Shown: one piece after another, positions 28,036 through 36,797 of the stretch
How the letters are laid out: each line of letters starts with the position of its first letter
How positions within the stretch are numbered: the stretch's first letter is position 1
Assembly (NCBI GenBank): GCA_045578345.1
Contig: JAZNKB010000006.1
Span: 102,911 to 166,910, forward strand
From: Candidatus Onthoplasma sp.
GTDB taxonomy: Bacteria > Bacillota > Clostridia > Christensenellales > UBA1242
Length of the DNA: 64,000 nt
Direction of reading: 5' to 3'
Notes under the pieces: generated by a model
Database searches by the model: none
What the model was told of the DNA's origin: nothing
Seen by the model: only the letters and a program-made list of their open reading frames with translations
Made by a program: the position numbers and the translations under genes

Positions 28036-28229
28036 AACAAAATATTAAAAGGTTAGAAGAAATAGCAAAATTGCTTGAACAAGGAACTAATCTTGACGAA
28101 AGTTTAAAGCTATATGAAGAAGGCTGTAAACTGGCAAAAAGTTGCCTAAAAGAGTTGGAAAAAGCAAAAGGAAAGATTATAATGATAAAGAAAGAATTTA
28201 ACGAAAAGGATGAAAACGATGGAGAATAA
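28029..28229 (+). CDS. xseB: exodeoxyribonuclease VII small subunit
   Basis: 66-aa helical protein (LEEIAKLLEQG..SLKLYEEG) overlapping the xseA stop. Confidence 0.85.
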   Translation: MLEQNIKRLEEIAKLLEQGTNLDESLKLYEEGCKLAKSCLKELEKAKGKIIMIKKEFNEKDENDGE

Positions 28230-29646
28230 ACAATTTGTAACAGATATTGCAGATATTAATACAGATTTTGCACAATGGTATACTGACGTTGTGTTAAAGA
28301 CTGACATGGTTGATTATGGACCAGTTAAAGGAACAATGGTTATTAAACCATATGGCTATGCAATATGGGAAAACATTCAAAACTATTTAAATAAGGAATT
28401 TAGAAAACAAGGAGTTGAAAATGCATATTTTCCAATGCTAATTCCTGAAAGTTTTTTAATGAAAGAAGCAGAACATGTTGAAGGTTTTGCTCCAGAAGTT
28501 GCAGTTGTAACTCATGCTGGTGGTGAAGAATTAAATGAAAAACTAATAATTCGCCCAACAAGTGAAACAATTATATGCGACATGTATTCAAAATGGATTA
28601 AATCTTATCGTGATTTACCTGTTAAAATGAATCAATGGTGTAATGTATTAAGATGGGAAAAAACAACTAGACCTTTCTTAAGAACAAGTGAATTCTTATG
28701 GCAAGAAGGACATACTGTTCAATCGTGTCCAGAAGATGCAGAAAATGATGCGAAAACAATGTTAAAGGTTTACACAGATTGTTTAAAAAATCTTTTAGCC
28801 ATTCCAACCCTCACAGGAAGAAAAACAGAGAATGAAAAATTTGCTGGCGCATTAGTAACATATAGCATGGAAGCAATCATGAAAGACGGAAAGTGTTTGC
28901 AATCTGGAACAACTCATGATTTGGGTCAAAATTTTGCTAAAGCAAGCAATATTAAGTTCTTAAATAAAGAAGGTCAACTTGAATATGGATATTCAACAAG
29001 TTGGGGTGTTAGCACAAGACTTATTGGTGCTTTGGTTATGGTTCATGGTGATGAACGTGGCCTTAGAATGCCGCCAAATGTTGCTCCAATTCAAACGGTT
29101 ATAATTCCAATTGCAAGCAAAAAAGAAGGTGTTATTGAAAAGTGTGAAGAAGTTAAAAACATTCTTGAAACTGCAGATTTAAGAGTTAAACTTGACAATT
29201 CAAATAACACTCCAGGTTGGAAATTTAATGAATATGAAATGAAAGGAGTGCCACTTCGTCTTGAAATTGGCCCAAGAGATATTGAAAACGGTGTTGCAAC
29301 AGCTGTAAGACGCGACACTCATGAAAAAGTACAATTAAATTTAAGTAACATAAAAGAAGAGGTTGAAAACTTACTTAAAGATATCCAAGAAAACATGTAT
29401 AATCAAGCAGTTGAAAATTTCAATTCTGCAATCGTAGAAACTGAAAATTATGATGATATGGTAAATGCTGTAAACAACAAAAAGGTTGTTTTGTCATATC
29501 ATTGCGGAAATTCAAACTGTGAAGAAAAAATTCGTCAAAATACAACAATTAAAACTCGAGTTATACATTCTATGGATAACGCTCATAAATGTGTTTATTG
29601 TGGTAAAGAGAGTAAATATAGAGTGTACTTTGGGAAACAATATTAA
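28210..29646 (+). CDS. proS: proline--tRNA ligase, archaeal/eukaryotic-like type
   Basis: FAQWYTDVVLKTDMVDYGPVKGTMVIKPYG N-terminus; class II motifs; C-terminal Cys cluster; 478 aa with no bacterial insertion domain. Confidence 0.92.
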   Translation: MKTMENKQFVTDIADINTDFAQWYTDVVLKTDMVDYGPVKGTMVIKPYGYAIWENIQNYLNKEFRKQGVENAYFPMLIPESFLMKEAEHVEGFAPEVAVVTHAGGEELNEKLIIRPTSETIICDMYSKWIKSYRDLPVKMNQWCNVLRWEKTTRPFLRTSEFLWQEGHTVQSCPEDAENDAKTMLKVYTDCLKNLLAIPTLTGRKTENEKFAGALVTYSMEAIMKDGKCLQSGTTHDLGQNFAKASNIKFLNKEGQLEYGYSTSWGVSTRLIGALVMVHGDERGLRMPPNVAPIQTVIIPIASKKEGVIEKCEEVKNILETADLRVKLDNSNNTPGWKFNEYEMKGVPLRLEIGPRDIENGVATAVRRDTHEKVQLNLSNIKEEVENLLKDIQENMYNQAVENFNSAIVETENYDDMVNAVNNKKVVLSYHCGNSNCEEKIRQNTTIKTRVIHSMDNAHKCVYCGKESKYRVYFGKQY

Positions 29647-29647
29647 A

Positions 29648-29672
29648 AGCAAGAAATAATTCTTGCTTTTTT
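29648..29672 (+). terminator. rho-independent terminator
   Basis: AGCAAGAA/TTCTTGCT stem plus T6. Confidence 0.8.
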
Positions 29673-29743
29673 AATTCTTTAATTATATTTTGATTAATTC
29701 CAACATAAATTATAAAAAGTTTAAATTTCTCTTGTAAATTATA

Positions 29744-29771
29744 TTGAAAATTAAATTAAATATGGTATAAT
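29744..29771 (+). promoter_or_regulatory. sigma-A promoter leaving at most a 2-3-nt leader
   Basis: TTGAAA, 16 nt, TGg-TATAAT 29766-29771, 9 nt, ATG 29781. No SD. Confidence 0.5.
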
Positions 29772-29780
29772 TATTTAAAG

Positions 29781-30467
29781 ATGAAAGATTTGTTTCGAAC
29801 ATTTCAACGAATTCCGGAAAAGAACAGGACAATAGCATATGGAATTATGGCGTTGCTTAAAAACCTGTGTTATTTTGCATTTAAAATCATTGTTGGTATT
29901 GTATTTAAAACACCTTTGCTTATCGCCGTTGCTATATACAACCTATTAATTGGACTTGTTAAAGCAAACTGTTCAAGAGGTTTATGGAAAAATAAAGATG
30001 ATTTAAAAGATCTCAAGACATACATACGCGGTGGAGCAATATTGTTAATTTCAAGTATCTTTTATATTATTTATACTGCAAATCTAGTTGGAAATCCATA
30101 TGGTATTGAATACAACATGGTTATTGCAATTATGATTGCCTCATTTGCAACTTATAGTATGACAGTCTCAATTATGGGGTTATTTAACACACGAGGCAAA
30201 ACAATGTTAATTAAAGAATATAAGTTTACAAACTTTGCAACAGCATTGAATAACATTGTTTTAACACAAATGGCGCTTTTATCTTTGTTTCCTGTAAAAA
30301 ACATGCACTTTTACAATGCATTAGTTGGAATTATTAATGGTGTTGTAATTTTAGGCTTTGGATTATACCTTGTAATTAATGGATTGATTCAATTACGAGT
30401 TTACACAACAGGGATAACCAATAAGAAATCAAACAAAACTCAAGTTGAAAACAATCAACAGCAATAA
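29781..30467 (+). CDS. polytopic membrane protein, unknown function (228 aa)
   Basis: Five or six hydrophobic segments; no family recognised. Confidence 0.5.
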   Translation: MKDLFRTFQRIPEKNRTIAYGIMALLKNLCYFAFKIIVGIVFKTPLLIAVAIYNLLIGLVKANCSRGLWKNKDDLKDLKTYIRGGAILLISSIFYIIYTANLVGNPYGIEYNMVIAIMIASFATYSMTVSIMGLFNTRGKTMLIKEYKFTNFATALNNIVLTQMALLSLFPVKNMHFYNALVGIINGVVILGFGLYLVINGLIQLRVYTTGITNKKSNKTQVENNQQQ

Positions 30468-30496
30468 AAAACGAACAATAATCCGTTCGTTTTTTC
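30466..30496 (+). terminator. rho-independent terminator
   Basis: ACGAAC/GTTCGT stem plus T5. Confidence 0.7.
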
Positions 30497-30665
30497 ATTG
30501 TACCCACATAAAATAATCAGAATCCCAATATAAGATTTAAACAAACATATCTTATTTCTTATACACAATACTTGAATATTGACAATTGAACATATAATAT
30601 AAAAAACATATTTCAATTAGAATTTTTTTACTACAAGTAGAGATTAATTATAATTTTTCAATCAA

Positions 30666-30688
30666 TAAAAAAGCCCAACCCGTTGGGG
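30666..30688 (-). terminator. terminator after tRNA-Glu
   Basis: CCCAA/TTGGG stem with a U-run on the minus strand. Confidence 0.5.
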
Positions 30689-30705
30689 TTCGACTCTTTC
30701 TACTA

Positions 30706-30780
30706 TGGTAGCCTTACGGAGAATTGAACTCCGGTCTCAGCCTTGAGAGGGCCGTGTCCTAACCTCTAGACTATAAGGCC
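30706..30780 (-). tRNA. tRNA-Glu (anticodon CUC), CCA encoded
   Basis: Minus strand reads GGCCTTATAGTCTAGAGGTTAGGACACGGCCCTCTCAAGGCTGAGACCGGAGTTCAATTCTCCGTAAGGCTACCA. Cloverleaf folds by hand; anticodon loop is CT-CTC-AA. Confidence 0.85.
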
Positions 30781-30799
30781 ATATCTAGATTACTTAGTT

Positions 30800-30828
30800 A
30801 TCATATCATATTAGAAAAAAATTTTCAA
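30800..30828 (-). promoter_or_regulatory. tRNA-Glu promoter
   Basis: On the minus strand: TTGAAA, 17 nt, TATGAT, about 19 nt before the tRNA 5' end. Confidence 0.5.
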
Positions 30829-30875
30829 GTGCTTGCATTAAATTTTTGAAATTTATAGTAAGATTTTATTTTTTA

Positions 30876-30884
30876 TGATATAAT
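30876..30884 (+). promoter_or_regulatory. extended -10 element placing the TSS at the comEC ATG (leaderless candidate)
   Basis: TGa-TATAAT 30879-30884, 7 nt, ATG 30892. No SD. Confidence 0.45.
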
Positions 30885-30891
30885 GGAATAA

Positions 30892-32406
30892 ATGAAAGAG
30901 AGATGGTTTAATTATCGACCGTTATGTTTGGTGTTTGGATTCCTTCTTTTAGGAAGTGTTTTTTCATTCTATGCGCCTAAAAACACCGTTCTCACAATAA
31001 TTACAACTATATCAATTGCTGTTGCATTAACGATTATTGCAATATTAAAAAAGAAACCTCAATATGTGCTTGTTCCTGTTATTGCCTTTGGAGTTGGTTT
31101 GGGATTATATAATCTTGCAGTATTTAATTTTAATAAATCCGTAGATTACACACCTTCAAGCATACAAGCAAGAATTTACAATATTGTTGACGAATATGAT
31201 GGAATGATAAAAGTTGAAGCTGATAGTTTAAAATTTGACGATAAAAAAATTAATGATAACATAATAATATACATCTATGACAATGACGGACTTTTTGAAA
31301 ACATTGAAATTGGAAGCTTAATTGAATTTGAACCATACAGATTTTATAAAAGTGATTTATTCTATTACGACACACCTAGTTCAAGTTTATATGAAGACGA
31401 TTTAAAATATACAACGAGTGCTTTCATGATTAATGTTAAACATATATCGACAGATAAAACATTTGCAGAAGCAATAAGGGAGAGAGTTAAAGATAATCTT
31501 GAGCTTGGACTAACAAATGAGAATGCCGAAATTGCCTATTCAGCATTGTTTGGAGATAAGGATTTATTATCAGATAAGCAATATTCAGTGTATAAACTTT
31601 CTGGTGTTGCGCATCTGCTTGCTGTATCTGGTTTGCACGTTGGAATTATTGTTGGAATTCTAAATCTTATTTTTAAGAAATTAAAGGTAAAAGGTTGGCT
31701 TAAATTTTTTGTCACTGCAGTTTTCTTAATGCTTTATATGTACATTTGTGATTATTCAGTTTCAATAATAAGAGCAACAATCATGTCTTTAATTCTATTG
31801 TTATCTCAAATTCTTCATAAGCAATATGATAGTTTTAATTCAATATCTGTGGCGGGAATTGTGATATTTTTAATTAATCCGTTCTGTGTGTTTGATGTTG
31901 CGTTCTTGCTAAGTTTTTCATGCGTGATTGGAATAACAATGCTTTACCGCCCAATAAGAAGGGCTTTAGCAAAAACTCATATGAATGCAAAAATTAGAGA
32001 CGCTGCTGCAATAAGCTTGGCAACAAGCATTGCAATTGTTATGATTATGGCTTTCTATTTTAGAACACTCAACGTGATATCTTTGATTGCAAATGTGATT
32101 TTAATTCCAATTTTCACGGTTGCATTTAGTATCGTTTTTGTGGTTTCAATTGTATCAATACCGTTTTCAATTGTTTCATATGTGTTGATGCCAGTTGATT
32201 ACATATTCAATTTAATTAACTTGATTGCAACAACTCTTGGCAATCTTTCAATTTCTAACTTTAATACAATTGAATTTAACTATATTGCAATTATAATATA
32301 TTTTGTTCTTTTGTTATTTATAAGTCGTTTTTGCACCGCAAAATATCAATATAAAATCGTTTCAGCATTGCCAATTGTTGCTTTGTTGTTTTATTGTCTG
32401 ATATAA
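30892..32406 (+). CDS. comEC: competence protein ComEC/Rec2 (membrane channel domain only)
   Basis: LSGVAHLLAVSGLHVG motif; polytopic; upstream of holA as in Bacillus. Confidence 0.85.
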   Translation: MKERWFNYRPLCLVFGFLLLGSVFSFYAPKNTVLTIITTISIAVALTIIAILKKKPQYVLVPVIAFGVGLGLYNLAVFNFNKSVDYTPSSIQARIYNIVDEYDGMIKVEADSLKFDDKKINDNIIIYIYDNDGLFENIEIGSLIEFEPYRFYKSDLFYYDTPSSSLYEDDLKYTTSAFMINVKHISTDKTFAEAIRERVKDNLELGLTNENAEIAYSALFGDKDLLSDKQYSVYKLSGVAHLLAVSGLHVGIIVGILNLIFKKLKVKGWLKFFVTAVFLMLYMYICDYSVSIIRATIMSLILLLSQILHKQYDSFNSISVAGIVIFLINPFCVFDVAFLLSFSCVIGITMLYRPIRRALAKTHMNAKIRDAAAISLATSIAIVMIMAFYFRTLNVISLIANVILIPIFTVAFSIVFVVSIVSIPFSIVSYVLMPVDYIFNLINLIATTLGNLSISNFNTIEFNYIAIIIYFVLLLFISRFCTAKYQYKIVSALPIVALLFYCLI

Positions 32407-32417
32407 TAGGAGAGAAT

Positions 32418-33332
32418 ATGAAATTTATCGAATTAAACAAAAACATTAAAGAAATGGTTAAGCCTTTATATAATCTAAAAGGTGATGATTTTTACTTGGT
32501 TAAGCAAGCTCTATCAAACATTAAATCATATCTTATTAAGGATTTAGAAGAATTCAACTTTGTTAATGTAGATGCCGATAAAATGAAAAAAGAGCAAGCT
32601 TACGAGCAAATTGCAACACTCCCAATGGTAAATGACTATAGATTAGTTGTTTTCAATAATCCTAATCAGGAAATTGTGAAATTTCTTAATAAATTTGATT
32701 TTGAAAATGAATCAACGGTTGTGGTGTGTATCCAAGCTGAAGGTTTAACTGTTGGTGAGGTTGTTGATTGTTCAAAACTTGATAGAAATGATTTAACTAA
32801 ATATATTTTAAATTATCTTTCTAAATGTAATTTATCAATTGAGGAACAGGCTTTGGACTACATTATTGATGCCACAAATGGCAATATGACAAAAATAGTT
32901 AACGAATTAAACAAAATCTCATCATATTGTGTGGATTTGGAAACTGTAACAATGAATATTGTTACAAACCTGGTTGCAAATTCTCAAGAATATGCAATTT
33001 ATAACCTTACAAATGCTATTGATACGAAAAACTTTTCAAACTATCAAAAAATTTTAAATGATTTAATAAAATCGCAATCTCAGTCTGAAATTTTTGCATA
33101 TATGGGTAAATATTTCAAAAGAATGCAATATATTGCTTTGAGTAAGGATGATGATGAACTGTCTAAAATTTTAAATATAAAACCATATGCAGTTGCAATG
33201 TCGAGAAAAAGCGTTGCAAGTAATGGTGTGAAATATTATATCGGCTTATATGAAAAGTATATCGAATTGGATCATAAAATTAAATCTGGTGAGATAACAG
33301 CCACAAATGCTTTATATGAACTCATTTTTTAG
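32418..33332 (+). CDS. holA: DNA polymerase III delta subunit
   Basis: TAGGAGAG RBS before ATG 32418. Length and comEC-holA-rpsT synteny. Confidence 0.8.
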   Translation: MKFIELNKNIKEMVKPLYNLKGDDFYLVKQALSNIKSYLIKDLEEFNFVNVDADKMKKEQAYEQIATLPMVNDYRLVVFNNPNQEIVKFLNKFDFENESTVVVCIQAEGLTVGEVVDCSKLDRNDLTKYILNYLSKCNLSIEEQALDYIIDATNGNMTKIVNELNKISSYCVDLETVTMNIVTNLVANSQEYAIYNLTNAIDTKNFSNYQKILNDLIKSQSQSEIFAYMGKYFKRMQYIALSKDDDELSKILNIKPYAVAMSRKSVASNGVKYYIGLYEKYIELDHKIKSGEITATNALYELIF

Positions 33333-33340
33333 GAGATAAA

Positions 33341-34009
33341 ATGAACGAACTGGAATTACTCAAACCAACCCAAATAATTAGATCAAAACGAAAATCAATT
33401 TCATTGATTGTTAAAAGTAATGGGGATTTCATCATTAGAGCACCATTAAAATGCAAAGAAGTAGACATTAGTAATTTTGTTAATCAAAAATCGCAATGGA
33501 TAATTTCAAAAAGAAGAGAGCAATTAATCAACACTTTTAAACCATTATCATTTAATGGTAATGAAGAATTGACGTTGTTGGGGCAGAAATATGACATTAT
33601 TTATTCAAACGTTTCAAGAGTAGAAGTGATAAACAATAAAATCAACGTGCCAGAAACTAAATCGAAAGAAAAACTGATTGTTTTTTTAAAAAAACTTGCA
33701 AAACAACATATATTTGAGCGAACAAAGATATTAGCAGATACATTTGATTTTAACTATAATTCAATTTCTATATCATCAGCTAAGTCATGCTGGGGTTCAT
33801 GTGGGCCTAAAAATCGTTTACATTTTACGTATAAGCTGATCTTATGCCCTGAAAGTGTTGTTGATTATGTTATAATTCATGAACTAGCTCACACGAAAGT
33901 AAAAAACCACAGCACTCAATTTTGGTCGTTAGTGGGAAGATGTTGCTCTAATCATAAGGTGTATGAAAAATGGCTAAAGAAGAATAGAGCAATAGTAGAA
34001 TTAATATAG
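33341..34009 (+). CDS. YgjP-like (DUF45) metallohydrolase
   Basis: C-terminal HELAHTKVKNHS zinc motif. Confidence 0.8.
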   Translation: MNELELLKPTQIIRSKRKSISLIVKSNGDFIIRAPLKCKEVDISNFVNQKSQWIISKRREQLINTFKPLSFNGNEELTLLGQKYDIIYSNVSRVEVINNKINVPETKSKEKLIVFLKKLAKQHIFERTKILADTFDFNYNSISISSAKSCWGSCGPKNRLHFTYKLILCPESVVDYVIIHELAHTKVKNHSTQFWSLVGRCCSNHKVYEKWLKKNRAIVELI

Positions 34010-34020
34010 GTGAAAAAACA

Positions 34021-34053
34021 AAAAAAAGAACTCACGATTTAGAGTTCTTTTTT
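34021..34053. terminator. bidirectional rho-independent terminator
   Basis: A7, AGAACTC/GAGTTCT stem, T6, between convergent genes. Confidence 0.8.
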
Positions 34054-34055
34054 AA

Positions 34056-34316
34056 TTACTTGTTGTTAGCATAAGAGCTTAATCTTGATTTCTTTCTGTT
34101 AGCAGTTGCTTTTTGCAAAGTGCCCTTAGAAACAGCAGTGTCAATTAATGAAAAAGTTTCGCTCAATAATTTTGCAGCAGTTTCTTTTTCAGCGTTATCA
34201 ACAGCAACTTTATATTTTTTAACATAAGTTGCAATCTTTGTTTTTAATGATTTGTTTTCCAAAGTTTGTCTATCGATAACTTTAATGCGTTTCTTAGCTG
34301 ATTTAATATTAGCCAT
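34056..34316 (-). CDS. rpsT: 30S ribosomal protein S20
   Basis: MANIKSAKKRIK start after a GGAGG RBS; the track ORF extends 11 codons further upstream. Confidence 0.93.
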   Translation of the reverse strand: MANIKSAKKRIKVIDRQTLENKSLKTKIATYVKKYKVAVDNAEKETAAKLLSETFSLIDTAVSKGTLQKATANRKKSRLSSYANNK

Positions 34317-34440
34317 TACAAACCTCCAATTCGATATCAAGTATAACAAAGTTTGTTTTAAAAATCAAGTGCTTTGACAATATTTTCTCTAAATTGTGCT
34401 ACTTTTTGTCAACTTGCGGGTTGAAAGCATAAACTATATT

Positions 34441-35112
34441 ATGTTAAATTGTGAAAATCAAACAATAGCAATCATAGATAGTGGAATTGGTGGAGTTTCA
34501 ATTTTACGGAAATTGATTGATGAATACAAAAATGGAAATTATATTTACTTTGCAGATAATCTATATATGCCATATGGTAATAAAACACATAAATGGCTAA
34601 ACAATAGGATAAGTCAGATTATCACCACTTTAAAGATAAACTATCATGTTACACAGGTAATTATTGCTTGCAACACAGCGTCCGCGTGTTTAGACTTTGA
34701 AATTCCTAATGTAACCAAAATGAAGTTTGATGACTCAAAAGTGTATTTCGCAACAAAACTAACCAAAAAGAACTTACCAAACGTTGAAGTTATTGCAGAC
34801 GGAACTTTGGCAAAGCAAATTGAATTAAACATATTTAATCATAAAAAGATTGATAAGATAATAAAAAAGCATGTAAAGGTACATAAACTATATAATTTTC
34901 AAGAATTTATGCTTGGTTGCACTCATTATGAACTGGTAAAAGACTATTTTGAAAGATATTGTCCTTCAACAACGATTATTAACAACAGTGAATTAATTAT
35001 TGACTTAATAAATATTAAACCCACAATAGTGGATGAACTTAATGTGGTTATAATCCTTTCACAAAAAAATAAAGATTTAGAAGATAAAATTTACAAACTT
35101 ATAAGGAGATAA
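34441..35112 (+). CDS. murI: glutamate racemase
   Basis: IAIIDSGIGGVS, IIACNTASA and LGCTHYELV motifs; start taken at ATG 34441. Confidence 0.85.
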   Translation: MLNCENQTIAIIDSGIGGVSILRKLIDEYKNGNYIYFADNLYMPYGNKTHKWLNNRISQIITTLKINYHVTQVIIACNTASACLDFEIPNVTKMKFDDSKVYFATKLTKKNLPNVEVIADGTLAKQIELNIFNHKKIDKIIKKHVKVHKLYNFQEFMLGCTHYELVKDYFERYCPSTTIINNSELIIDLINIKPTIVDELNVVIILSQKNKDLEDKIYKLIRR

Positions 35113-35114
35113 TT

Positions 35115-36797
35115 ATGTGTGGAATTTTTGCTTGCATTGGAGATAATGCTTATGAAAAAGTTATGGATGGATTAAGGTTATTACAATATAGGGGATATGA
35201 CTCGTGTGGTATTGCTTATTATAATGATGGTTTCATTGTAAATAAAGCAGTTGGCATATTAGATAACATTCCCCAAACCGAAATCAAAACAAATTTAGCT
35301 TTTGGTCATACAAGATGGGCAACAAATGGTGTGGTTAACACAGTTAATGCTCATCCTCATACTTCATATGACAAAACAATAACTATAGTACATAATGGTA
35401 TAATCAAGAATGCAGATATAATAAAAGGAAAACTAATTGATAAAGGTATAATGTTTTATTCAGAAACAGACACAGAAGTTATTGCAAACTACTTGGCATA
35501 TAAAACAAGAGAAGAAAGCATAGACGAAGCTTTAAAATCAATGTTTGTTGACCTTGAAGGAACATTCTCACTAGTTATTGGAACAAATAAAGGTGTTTTA
35601 TATTTGGTTAAGAAGTTTAGTCCACTTAATCTATTAATATCAAAAAATAACGAAATATATATATCAAGTGATATATCAAGTTTAAAAGATGGTAAACTAT
35701 ACTCACTTAAAGATAATGATATTATAAAGATAGAGAATATGATAATAACAAAACTAGACGGAAGAGGTATGGAGTTTATAGAACACACAAATAAATTAAA
35801 AGAACTAACATTATCTTCGCATAAGCATTATATGGAAAAAGAAATATTTGAAACACCTAAGGCAATAAATAATACATATATGGCAATTTCTAATAATAGT
35901 ATTATAAACATATTAAATGACTATACCAAGATAACATTAATTGGGTGTGGAACGGCATATCATTCATGTTTAATCGGTGAATATCTATTTAAGAAAGAAC
36001 TTCATAAGAATGTTGAGACTTTCCTTGCATCTAATTATGAAATAACAAACAAGGTAAATAATAAGCATTTACACATTATTGTTAGTCAAAGTGGTGAAAC
36101 AGCAGATTGTATTAAGGTGGCTGAACAAATAAAACGCTTTAACGGAAAGTTTTTAATTATCACAAATGAACCCAATAGCACAATTTCCAAGATGGCAGAT
36201 TATCATTTTTTTACCAATGCAGAAAAGGAAATTGCTGTTGCCAGCACAAAAACATATTGTTGCCAAGTGTTTGTTTTTGTTTATATGTGTAATAAACTAA
36301 AGAATAAGTCTTATAACATAGATATAGATAACTTCATTAATGGTTTAGATAATTATATTAAAAATTTGGATATCTCTGAGGTGGCGGAACAACTGAAGGA
36401 CTGTGACAAACTTATATTAATCGCAAAAGATATAGACTATCTAATATTACTTGAAGCAAGCTTAAAAATAAGAGAAATTGATTATATTTATACCTTACCA
36501 ATGTTCTCTGGAGAATTGAAACATGGGACTTTATCTTTGATTGATAAAGAAAGCTTTGTTTTGACGTTAAACACAGATCTTGATTCAACTAAACTTCAAA
36601 ATGCAATTAACGAAATAAAGTCAAGAGAAGGTAAAGTTATAGATATGAGTAAGTTTATTAAACCTTTGGATGACAAATATTATAACACAATTTATTCAAT
36701 AATCCCTTTTCAGTTGCTAAGTTATCAAATTGCCATTTTAAACGGAAGGAATCCAGATATGCCACGCAATCTTGCAAAAAGTGTTACCGTGGAGTGA
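35115..36797 (+). CDS. glmS: glutamine--fructose-6-phosphate aminotransferase
   Basis: MCGIFA N-terminal nucleophile; two SIS regions; C-terminal LAKSVTVE. Confidence 0.93.
   Translation: MCGIFACIGDNAYEKVMDGLRLLQYRGYDSCGIAYYNDGFIVNKAVGILDNIPQTEIKTNLAFGHTRWATNGVVNTVNAHPHTSYDKTITIVHNGIIKNADIIKGKLIDKGIMFYSETDTEVIANYLAYKTREESIDEALKSMFVDLEGTFSLVIGTNKGVLYLVKKFSPLNLLISKNNEIYISSDISSLKDGKLYSLKDNDIIKIENMIITKLDGRGMEFIEHTNKLKELTLSSHKHYMEKEIFETPKAINNTYMAISNNSIINILNDYTKITLIGCGTAYHSCLIGEYLFKKELHKNVETFLASNYEITNKVNNKHLHIIVSQSGETADCIKVAEQIKRFNGKFLIITNEPNSTISKMADYHFFTNAEKEIAVASTKTYCCQVFVFVYMCNKLKNKSYNIDIDNFINGLDNYIKNLDISEVAEQLKDCDKLILIAKDIDYLILLEASLKIREIDYIYTLPMFSGELKHGTLSLIDKESFVLTLNTDLDSTKLQNAINEIKSREGKVIDMSKFIKPLDDKYYNTIYSIIPFQLLSYQIAILNGRNPDMPRNLAKSVTVE

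Noticed and set aside
30681-30700. Second tRNA fragment next to tRNA-Glu (GGGGTTCGACTC resembles a T arm)
   Set aside because: No acceptor, D or anticodon arms can be built around it. The sequence is better explained as the terminator hairpin of tRNA-Glu.
35113-35114. glmS ribozyme upstream of glmS
   Set aside because: Only 2 nt separate the murI stop from the glmS ATG, so there is no room for the ribozyme. glmS appears translationally coupled to murI. The 14-nt convergent 3' overlap of glmS with the PBP gene (36784-36797) was noted, but nothing further could be inferred from it.
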